This document shows positions 26,161 to 33,276 of a DNA stretch of 64,000 bases, piece by piece; positions within the stretch are counted from its first letter, which is position 1, and each line of letters opens with the position of its first letter. The stretch lies in sequence record PQ182779.1; one strand, written 5' to 3'. The notes under the pieces were generated by a model. The model was not told the DNA's origin. It did no database searches and saw only the letters and a program-made list of their open reading frames with translations. The position numbers were made by a program, and so were the translations under genes.

Positions 26161-26502
26161 ATGAATGACGTAACATTTGCACACAGTCAAGAAGACATTG
26201 ACCATATTTCTTATCGTCTTCCTTTAGCCTCTGATCGAACGATTAACGATCCGGCTTATTTGATTAAGTCGAAAGACGTTTTCGATATGATCAGGGGAAC
26301 AGAAGAACTTAATAAGATTGAGAGTTCGAATAATATACGAATAATACACCACTCTCAGATTTACCAAGGACCTTGGAGAGACCAATTTTTATCACTGATC
26401 AATGCAGCCGCTAAACGCAATGGTTGGAATACCGTCACCCAATATGGCGGACAAATTCTTTTGGTTGCTGATATCTGGTTATCTGTAGGGAAATTCCGGT
26501 AG
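26161..26502 (+). CDS. Hypothetical protein inside the tRNA cluster
   Basis: 113 aa, RBS AAGGT. Confidence 0.65.
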   Translation: MNDVTFAHSQEDIDHISYRLPLASDRTINDPAYLIKSKDVFDMIRGTEELNKIESSNNIRIIHHSQIYQGPWRDQFLSLINAAAKRNGWNTVTQYGGQILLVADIWLSVGKFR

Positions 26503-26699
26503 GCAATCAAAATTTAAGTAATTCAATATATTATGAACAAAGATTGTAACTTTCTCTCCGGAATGTTAAGACAACAATCAACCTGTTCAAATATTGCGCA
26601 AGTCTCAGAGGGAAACCATACGCCCTGAGAAGAAACTAATAGTGCTCCTTGGCCCGAGAGTAAAGAATGCAGCGCTGAAATAATCGGGTCCCAAATTCA

Positions 26700-26783
26700 G
26701 GGGAAGTTCCAGAGTGGTCAAATGGGTCAGACTGTAAATCTGCTGCTTCGGCTTCGGTAGTTCGAATCTACCCTTCCCCACCA
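26700..26783 (+). tRNA. tRNA-Tyr (GTA)
   Basis: Loop CTGTAAA, long variable arm, CCA. Confidence 0.95.
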
Positions 26784-26790
26784 GTTTTAT

Positions 26791-26865
26791 AGAAGCGTAG
26801 CCAAGCGGTTAAGGCCCCGGGCTTTGATCTCGGTACCCCTAGTTCGAATCTAGGCGCTTCTGCCA
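26791..26865 (+). tRNA. tRNA-Gln (TTG)
   Basis: Loop CTTTGAT, acceptor AGAAGCG/CGCTTCT, CCA. Confidence 0.9.
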
Positions 26866-26870
26866 TTAGC

Positions 26871-26946
26871 GCAAGTATAGCTCAGTCGGTAGAGCGATGT
26901 CCTTCCAAGTCATAGGTCGCGAGTTCGAACCTCGCTGCTTGCTCCA
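26871..26946 (+). tRNA. tRNA-Gly (TCC)
   Basis: Loop CTTCCAA, U73, CCA; one T-T mismatch in the anticodon stem. Confidence 0.9.
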
Positions 26947-26954
26947 GATACAAT

Positions 26955-27055
26955 GTTCTCGTAGCTCAACTAGGTAGAGCGCCTGCATCGGCGGCCACTG
27001 CGCCGCCCACTGCTTAGCAGGAGGTTGCCGGTTCAAATCCGGAAGGGAACAACCA
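26955..27055 (+). ncRNA. Atypical tRNA body with a 30-nt hairpin insert replacing the anticodon loop
   Basis: D-arm GCTC-AACTAGGTA-GAGC, anticodon stem CCTGC/GCAGG, insert ATC-GGCGGC-CACTGC-GCCGCC-CACTGCTTA, T-loop TTCAAAT, ends ACCA. Confidence 0.75.
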
Positions 27056-27063
27056 AACAAAAA

Positions 27064-27138
27064 GGTGCTATCGTCTAGTGGAAAGGATACCTCCCTGTCA
27101 CGGAGGAGACCGGAGTTCAATTCTCCGTAGCACCGCCA
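27064..27138 (+). tRNA. tRNA-Asp (GTC)
   Basis: CCTCC-CTGTCAC-GGAGG, G73, CCA. Confidence 0.95.
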
Positions 27139-27144
27139 AATAAT

Positions 27145-27218
27145 GACTCTTTAGTTCAGTTGGTTAGAACGGCAGCCTGTTAAGCTGTAGGTCCCAGGTT
27201 CAAGTCCTGGAAGAGTCG
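27145..27218 (+). tRNA. tRNA-Asn (GTT), CCA not fully encoded
   Basis: GCAGC-CTGTTAA-GCTGT; acceptor GACTCTT/AAGAGTC. Confidence 0.9.
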
Positions 27219-27227
27219 CATTTTAAT

Positions 27228-27317
27228 AGAGAGTTGGATGAGCGGTTTAAGTCGCTCCCCTGCTAAGGGAGTGTATCCGAAAGGGTACCGAGAGTTCGAA
27301 TCTCTCACTCTCTGCCA
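27228..27317 (+). tRNA. tRNA-Ser (GCT)
   Basis: CTCCC-CTGCTAA-GGGAG, long variable arm, G73, CCA. Confidence 0.95.
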
Positions 27318-27570
27318 AATAATGACATCTTGCTTAGACTAAAGGTAGGGGTTAACCAGGCGACTTAATGTTGCGGAGAGTTAATCTTGACCTAAGGCAA
27401 AAGTTGACCTCGGCATGCTGAGGGGGATGTCTCCTTGTTATCCCTACGTAAATCATCGACGAATAAATGAGCCGTTAAATACGACCCATTTAAGCATAAT
27501 TGCATCTCGGCTAAACACCGGGCGCTGCTGGTGTAGATGATACTCATTGAGTGCTAGGGAACCTATTCAA

Positions 27571-27678
27571 TGATAGGCTAGCTTAAAGGTAAAGCGCGGG
27601 CATTAGGCCCCCTCTCATACGAGGGGCGCCTTAACATGGGAGCCTGAGATAGCCGTTCGATTCGGTACCTATCAACCA
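27571..27678 (+). ncRNA. Atypical tRNA body with a 40-nt hairpin insert replacing the anticodon loop
   Basis: Perfect acceptor TGATAGG/CCTATCA plus A-CCA; D-arm GCTT-AAAGGTA-AAGC; stem CGGGC/GCCTG; T-loop TTCGATT. Confidence 0.8.
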
Positions 27679-27682
27679 AAGT

Positions 27683-27832
27683 TGGACTTAAAAGAGATAG
27701 TGCGAGTTAATGGGTCGCACAACGCCACTAGGCGAGACACCGGAGTCAGTGGTGGCGCTAGTAGAAGAAGTCAGTTACCGGTATGCGGCCGCAACAAATT
27801 AACTGATACCCATTCTACACTTTTAAAGTCCA
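27683..27832 (+). ncRNA. Candidate 150-nt multi-branched, pseudoknotted RNA domain
   Basis: Closing helix TGGACTT-AAAAG/CTTTT-A-AAGTCCA enclosing three hairpins with complementary loops. Confidence 0.5.
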
Positions 27833-27904
27833 CGTAACCTTTACAATACTGCTCTAGTCAAGTGATATTGTTTACAGAGAGTGCAGGTTCGACTCCTGCT
27901 CGGT

Positions 27905-28345
27905 AGTAGAGGCTCGGTAGGAAGGGAGTTCGGAATCGTATCCGAATGATTTGTCCGATAAGCAATAACTTATTGGTAACTCTCGTGAGACAAAGACTTC
28001 GGCGACCCGCCGGTTAAACGCGCCGCGGAATCGGCCGAGGGGTACTAATTATGACGCCTGTCATTTTCGGCGGCCTACGCCTTAGAGCGAAAATAGGCGG
28101 CCACAGACCATAGACCTCAGCCGGGGATTCCGGCGAAAGAGGTGCAAGGAGCCGGCAAAAATGTCCGGGGGCGTCACCCTATTCGATCCATTTCTCCAAC
28201 GTAGAAGGGATCGGGTATTAAAAATATGGAAATTAAGCTAACTCGTATAGCCGAGAATAAACATGTTTCGGTGGCGACCTTAACATGAAAAGGATGATGT
28301 GCGATAAGTCATTTATGAGCTAAACACTGAGATCCTTTTGACGAT
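27905..28345 (+). ncRNA. Candidate large structured RNA containing an RNase P S-domain-like module
   Basis: ORF-free GC-rich stretch; TGACGCC/GGCGTCA helix enclosing GCCACAGACC-[hairpin]-TGCAAG-...GGCAAA. Confidence 0.5.
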
Positions 28346-28356
28346 AAGTCAGTACG

Positions 28357-28392
28357 AGAGAAGGTCGAAAGACCTTCTCTTTATGCTGTTTT
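28357..28392 (+). terminator. Terminator ending the tRNA/ncRNA array
   Basis: AGAGAAGGTC-GAAA-GACCTTCTCT then TTATGCTGTTTTT. Confidence 0.8.
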
Positions 28393-28430
28393 TATGAATA
28401 AAGTAATAGTCAAAAAAAAGGTGGTCTACC

Positions 28431-28589
28431 ATGAGCTTAATCTTCACAGTTCTTTCCGTTGTTGTTATCGCACTGATTGCAATTTTTGTCTACCGTAAGC
28501 ACAAAGACAAAATGGATCCTACCCTGGATAAGGTCGCTGATAAGTTTGATGAAGTCAAAAACAAAATCAATGACAAGTTGGGTAGCTAA
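28431..28589 (+). CDS. Small single-TM membrane protein (52 aa)
   Basis: Manually translated MSLIFTVLSVVVIALIAIFVYRKHKDK...; RBS AAGGTGG; preceded by TATGAAT. Confidence 0.75.
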   Translation: MSLIFTVLSVVVIALIAIFVYRKHKDKMDPTLDKVADKFDEVKNKINDKLGS

Positions 28590-28591
28590 TT

Positions 28592-29455
28592 ATGCCATTA
28601 AGATCAAAGGTACTTAGCTGGAGTAGACCCAGTAATGAAGGGTTAGTGAACAAATTTTTTGGCGCGAAAGTAGAGAGGATGGATATTCCCAATGAAACCG
28701 AAAAGGCGCTATTCTTTCTGCTAAAAAATAGCGATAAGCTTAGTCAAACTTTCGGTAATCCTCCCTGGAACAAAAATCATCTGGTAATTGACAAAAATAA
28801 CAAACTTTGGTCTCATTTGACGTTAGATAATAAGGTACCCACAGACTTCGAAGCTGCGTTAGAACGTACCTACAATGAGACCAAACATTTCGCGGTGGAA
28901 GGCGCGAAAAGACTGAAACAGTACGCCGAATCTATTCATGCAACGCGAGACAAAATAGAAAAGGCATATTCCGAGGGTAAGATTCCTGACCCCAATAAAG
29001 CCATTATTGACATCTACGGAAAAGTGAAAAACCCCGCTGCTGGTTTACATTATTCTAAACCGTTGTTCGGAGGGTGTACGATTAAAGTAGCGCAAAACGG
29101 AAAAATTGAAAGATCTAATACGTTTAATAGTAACGTATTAGGGGTGGTATTATCACCGGAAGAAATTGCCAAATGCGTTTCTGTAGCACTGGAGATCCTG
29201 AAGACCAGCTCTGTTTTTGTTGAAGACTGGGATAATTTGAAATTTTTTGACGAGCCAGGAATTGATAGCGATGCGGGAATCTGGCAAAGCGACAAAGTAG
29301 ATATCAATAACGAAGAGATTTGTTCTATTGGCGTCGCAGTAGATGTAGAAGGTAATGGACTGACCGCTGAGTTAGTTTACCTGACCCCAATTCGCTGCGT
29401 CCAGCAGGCCGTTGTCGATTTTTTTCGTCTAATAAATGATTCAATTAAAAAATAA
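28592..29455 (+). CDS. Hypothetical protein, possibly a processed virion head protein
   Basis: 287 aa; N-terminal RPSNE/GLVNKFF resembles S-x-E maturation sites of phiKZ-like head paralogs. Confidence 0.5.
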   Translation: MPLRSKVLSWSRPSNEGLVNKFFGAKVERMDIPNETEKALFFLLKNSDKLSQTFGNPPWNKNHLVIDKNNKLWSHLTLDNKVPTDFEAALERTYNETKHFAVEGAKRLKQYAESIHATRDKIEKAYSEGKIPDPNKAIIDIYGKVKNPAAGLHYSKPLFGGCTIKVAQNGKIERSNTFNSNVLGVVLSPEEIAKCVSVALEILKTSSVFVEDWDNLKFFDEPGIDSDAGIWQSDKVDINNEEICSIGVAVDVEGNGLTAELVYLTPIRCVQQAVVDFFRLINDSIKK

Positions 29456-29473
29456 CGGTGGTTTCTTTTCTAT

Positions 29474-29612
29474 GAACAGCACCATCTGTTAACCGAATCG
29501 CGATGCCAGCGCGGTAGCTTCGTCTGAGAAATCAGCGTGGCAACAATACGACTTTGCTTGTCGTGAGACATTCAAATAATCGGGCTAAGGGGAGGGCGGA
29601 AGCTCTTCCCTT
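29474..29612 (+). ncRNA. Candidate small structured RNA
   Basis: Begins at TATGAAC; helices CCGA/TCGG, TGCCA-GCGC/GCG-TGGCA, CTGA-GAAA-TCAG, ACGAC/GTCGT; ends in hairpin 29587-29612. Confidence 0.4.
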
Positions 29613-29638
29613 TATGCCATCAATTCAGGAGAGAAATT

Positions 29639-30115
29639 ATGGAATTTGTTTTATTACTGGGCCCTGAAGATCCGGAAGCTATCAAGTATGAAAAAGAACT
29701 TTTAGACATGTTTCATGTCATGGATAAAAATGAAGCGACTTTATGGAAATCGAGAAGTAATCTCGACATCCTGACTAACGAGTTAAAAACAGAAAAACTT
29801 ATTGATCGTTGGACTGATCAAACTAACATTCTTCTGGTAATAGATAAAGAGAATGTCGTAGGGTTTGTTGAGTATATACCACCTGTCGTAAACGGAAGTG
29901 TTACATGGATGTCGATTAATTATCTGTACATCAAACGACATTATCGAAAAATGGGCTACGGGAAGGCACTGGTAAAACAAGTTAGAATGTTTGCTAAGCA
30001 CCTCTCAGTTGACCAAGTTAGTCTCTCTGTCCACGTCTCTAACGTAAATGCCCAGAAATTCTATGAGTCTCAGGGTTTCCTGGAGCAGACCAAATACATG
30101 TGCGTGAAACCTTAA
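29639..30115 (+). CDS. GNAT-family acetyltransferase
   Basis: LYIKRHYRKMGYGKALVKQV, LSVHVSNVNAQKFYESQGF; RBS AGGAG. Confidence 0.9.
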   Translation: MEFVLLLGPEDPEAIKYEKELLDMFHVMDKNEATLWKSRSNLDILTNELKTEKLIDRWTDQTNILLVIDKENVVGFVEYIPPVVNGSVTWMSINYLYIKRHYRKMGYGKALVKQVRMFAKHLSVDQVSLSVHVSNVNAQKFYESQGFLEQTKYMCVKP

Positions 30116-30124
30116 GGAGGAAAT

Positions 30125-30394
30125 ATGTTCGTTAAGAACGCAATCAGTATTTTCGTGGGTTTGCAGATTAATTCTGTATTATCTACTGCCATTACTAACC
30201 CATTGAAATTTGAAAATCCCAACTTACTTTTTAAACCGATAGTTAGTGACGATTGCTTTTGCCACTCTTTCACGGTCAGAACAACTCCGAGAATAAATGA
30301 CATTCGGTTTGATTATCAAATAGAGAGCCTAAACAATGAACATGACCGAACACTTACTTACGCGTCATTACGACGTAAACCGTTACCCGACTAA
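30125..30394 (+). CDS. Hypothetical protein
   Basis: Strong RBS TAAGGAGG; overlaps the next ORF by ~59 nt. Confidence 0.45.
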   Translation: MFVKNAISIFVGLQINSVLSTAITNPLKFENPNLLFKPIVSDDCFCHSFTVRTTPRINDIRFDYQIESLNNEHDRTLTYASLRRKPLPD

Positions 30395-30846
30395 CTGGTT
30401 AACTGAAGATACCTTAACCGTCCCGTTATTTGGTTTCGACCATAAACTGAGAGGGTATCAAGTTTACACGCCAGGGGCACCTAAGAAAACAAAGAATCCA
30501 AAAGAAGCGCGATACTTTACGAGACTTCTTGGTAATGTTGGTGTTTTTGGTTTAGAAATTAGAACTGAAACCCGGTCCCGTATTCTTAACGGAGTCTGTC
30601 TTTAAATCAGCCAGTCTTCATGTCCTGGGCTTAAATAGCTGGAGCGCATTAGGTTCTGACCTTTCCCCTCAACTGAAACAACAACTATTATTACTCCCTT
30701 ACGAATTTGTTTGTTTGGGGGACGATGATAAAGCAGGTGAGAAGTTTAGTCGTAACTTCCGCAGAGGGTCGACTAGTCGTGATTTAGACGAACTAACAGA
30801 AGAAGAAAGACTTTCTGTAGTTAAACCTTTTCTTGAGAGAAAATAA
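30336..30846 (+). pseudogene. Small TOPRIM/primase-like gene split by a +1 frameshift near 30556-30562
   Basis: Frame 0 gives VPLFGFDHKLRGYQVY...RYFT...GVFGLE; the +1 frame continues ELKPGPVFLTESVFK...CLGDDDKAG to TAA 30844-30846, overlapping the next ATG. Confidence 0.8.
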
Positions 30847-31118
30847 TGAAAAATATTTTATATACCATTGTTTGTGTGCTATTATTAGGTGCGGGCGCAT
30901 TGTCTTTTATGGGTTTACGTGATACCGACGGGGCTAAACGAATACTTGAAAATAATGGCTATACTGAAGTAAAAGTTTCGGATGACTTTACTTTAGGCTG
31001 CGCCAAAAATGAAATTTATCGCACTCACTTCGAAGCGTTATCACCCGCCGGTAAATTTGTAACAGGGACAGTTTGTAAAGGGATTGTCAAAGGTTCAACA
31101 ATTCGTTTCGATGACTGA
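30846..31118 (+). CDS. Small exported/membrane phage protein
   Basis: N-terminal TM segment; GAKRILENNGYTEV...GTVCKG...STIRF pattern common in myovirus small proteins. Confidence 0.8.
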   Translation: MKNILYTIVCVLLLGAGALSFMGLRDTDGAKRILENNGYTEVKVSDDFTLGCAKNEIYRTHFEALSPAGKFVTGTVCKGIVKGSTIRFDD

Positions 31119-31159
31119 ATTACCGAGTGGAGACCTAGGTCTCCACTCGGTTTTATGCA

Positions 31160-31167
31160 TATATCAC
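31160..31167 (+). promoter_or_regulatory. Early promoter motif TATATCAC
   Basis: Directly after a perfect hairpin (31122-31151) and ~35 nt upstream of the next gene. Confidence 0.55.
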
Positions 31168-31200
31168 TGTAAGGAATAACGTAATCTGGAGGATTAAATT

Positions 31201-32079
31201 GTGAACGATAAAATTTATTTCGTTACAATACTTGTCAAGCAGTTCAGTAAATTGCTCTATGAAATCGAAACTCAGCTTTTATTAGCACGTATATGTTCGA
31301 CAGAATCGGTTAATAAGAAACAATTACAAATAACAATACGGAGAGCAGAATGGTACTATCTATTACTCGTTAGACTGCGGGGGTTCAGTTACGGACTTAC
31401 TGGGAGATTACTGGGCGTAGGCCCTCAGGCGGTTAGAGAGCGCACATTGAAAGGCGCGCGGTTCTTCTGTAATTCAAGGTTCCCGAGAAACCGAGAAAAA
31501 CAAGATCTCTTTTTTGCACTTATTGCTGTACATGTTTATTTCGAAGAGGGTCAACTCTCCGATGCAATGGAACAGTTTAAAGAAGACCAGAAACTGTTAA
31601 AAGGTTATCAGGATGCTTATTATTCCATCTGGCCGATGTATAATGCCCCAAACACCTTTAGCAAAACAAAAGAAGAATTACGCGATAAATCTACAGTGAT
31701 GGAAGAATTGGAAAAGATTTATCATGATAAAAAGTCTGCTGTTGGGAAAGCTATAGCAAAAGGCGAAATAACTAATATAGTTAAATTAGATATTACGAAA
31801 GTACGTCGAATGTTTGCTACACTGGCCAGAGCTAAAGGCGCAACGTTTGCAAAGATCGGATTGGCTTTAGACATCACTAATGAACGTGCTCGCCAACTGG
31901 ATGCATTCGGGTACCGAGATTTTAAATATCCGCATTATATCGATGAGAAGGGTATCGAACGAAGAATTAATGAGGTCAGTAATCGGAACCGTAAAGAAAG
32001 TTTATGTTCTGAAACTGAATTGAACGAAGAAGGCGCCCTGATAAAAAGCTATTTCAAAAAATTAAATGAGGTAAAATAA
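31201..32079 (+). CDS. Protein with two sigma-70 region 4-like HTH repeats
   Basis: RLRGFSYGLTGRLLGVGPQAVRERT and RAKGATFAKIGLALDITNERARQLD; GTG start, GGAGG RBS. Confidence 0.65.
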   Translation: MNDKIYFVTILVKQFSKLLYEIETQLLLARICSTESVNKKQLQITIRRAEWYYLLLVRLRGFSYGLTGRLLGVGPQAVRERTLKGARFFCNSRFPRNREKQDLFFALIAVHVYFEEGQLSDAMEQFKEDQKLLKGYQDAYYSIWPMYNAPNTFSKTKEELRDKSTVMEELEKIYHDKKSAVGKAIAKGEITNIVKLDITKVRRMFATLARAKGATFAKIGLALDITNERARQLDAFGYRDFKYPHYIDEKGIERRINEVSNRNRKESLCSETELNEEGALIKSYFKKLNEVK

Positions 32080-32615
32080 TGAACACTGTCCTGACAGAAG
32101 ACCAAGTTAAGAAACATGTTGAACTCGCCGCGAAAAGATTTTTATCTGAGAACGTCACTGCATGTAATTTTTATTACACCAACATGTACGACTTTAAGTT
32201 CCAGTCGACGTCTGTACCAACCCCAGGTGAAAAGACACCCTGGGAAAACTTTCTTTACTACCTTAATCTCATCGGCGTCAAAGGTTTCAGTTATTGCTTT
32301 GACCGCAATGAACTTTACTTTATCAGCCCGATCATTAGCGAAGCTCCGTCACATCGAGTTAATACAACCGCGATAGTTACGATACGGGAACTATTCACCG
32401 AACCGTATCTTCGTAATTGTGCCGCGAGCCATTTCGATATCTCAGAACAGCAGCGGCTATTCTACAAAGAGTTCTGTCCACAGCGCTACGCTTCTGCGAC
32501 CGAATTTGCTCACGCTCTCGGTGAAAGGTTTGATACCTTAACGTATTTCGAAGCGCTTAAAGCGGCCAGTCTCTATCGAGATCTTGGCATTACTTCCATC
32601 GAGTACAGTGGCTAA
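32079..32615 (+). CDS. Hypothetical protein (paralog of the next gene)
   Basis: KHVELAAKRFL...CNFYY...FLYYLNLIGVKGFSY...LYFISPII is similar to the next ORF. Confidence 0.75.
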   Translation: MNTVLTEDQVKKHVELAAKRFLSENVTACNFYYTNMYDFKFQSTSVPTPGEKTPWENFLYYLNLIGVKGFSYCFDRNELYFISPIISEAPSHRVNTTAIVTIRELFTEPYLRNCAASHFDISEQQRLFYKEFCPQRYASATEFAHALGERFDTLTYFEALKAASLYRDLGITSIEYSG

Positions 32616-32689
32616 GTTTCCGGTCAAAGTGAAATTTATTTTTCATTTAGTGAATATAAACAAACTAAACTAATATTAAGGAATTTAAA

Positions 32690-33235
32690 ATGCGGATTAA
32701 ATTAACTGAAGTCGTAATCGAAAAATATGTTGAAGCGTGTGCAAAAATATTTTTGGGGTCAGAGATTAAAGATTGTAACTTTCTTTACAGTAAGGGTATT
32801 GAATACAAATTTTGTCCGACGCACACGTATCGTGAAAACAATGAAAATGAACATTGGGGTCACTTCTTAAAATTTTTAGAAGCACTTGGCGTCCAAGCCT
32901 TTAGCTATGGCATCAATGACGGAACGTTGTATTTTGTCGGACCTATCATCACTGAGACTAGTAGCTACGATACTGACGCGCTGGCGGCGAGTGTAATTAA
33001 GGAACTTTATTCCGACATTATCGATTCTATTTTGCCCCTTAAACCTGAATACGTTAACGACCCGGATGCAGGTAAAGTTAATTTTAAAACCTTCAACGTG
33101 AAAGACTATGAAAACATTGATGGCTTAACCATCGACATGGTTCGTACGTTTGAACATTCAAGTTACGCTAACTGTAAAAAGTTGGCTGAAATAATTTTAG
33201 AACTTGGCATGGTTAATTTCGCCGTTAGAATTTAA
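32690..33235 (+). CDS. Hypothetical protein (paralog of the previous gene)
   Basis: KYVEACAKIFL...CNFLY...FLKFLEALGVQAFSY...LYFVGPII. Confidence 0.75.
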   Translation: MRIKLTEVVIEKYVEACAKIFLGSEIKDCNFLYSKGIEYKFCPTHTYRENNENEHWGHFLKFLEALGVQAFSYGINDGTLYFVGPIITETSSYDTDALAASVIKELYSDIIDSILPLKPEYVNDPDAGKVNFKTFNVKDYENIDGLTIDMVRTFEHSSYANCKKLAEIILELGMVNFAVRI

Positions 33236-33276
33236 ACACTCCCTCCCACCTACTTCAGTCAATAGGGGTTCTATAA

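Noticed and set aside
26610-26640. Hammerhead ribozyme core (CTGAGAAGAAAC)
   Set aside because: CUGAnGA and GAAA are not separated by a stem II and no flanking stems I/III could be built.
27320-28350. tmRNA or complete canonical RNase P RNA
   Set aside because: No G3-U70 alanyl acceptor or tag reading frame, and no canonical RNase P CR-I/CR-V catalytic signatures; only an S-domain-like resemblance is reported.
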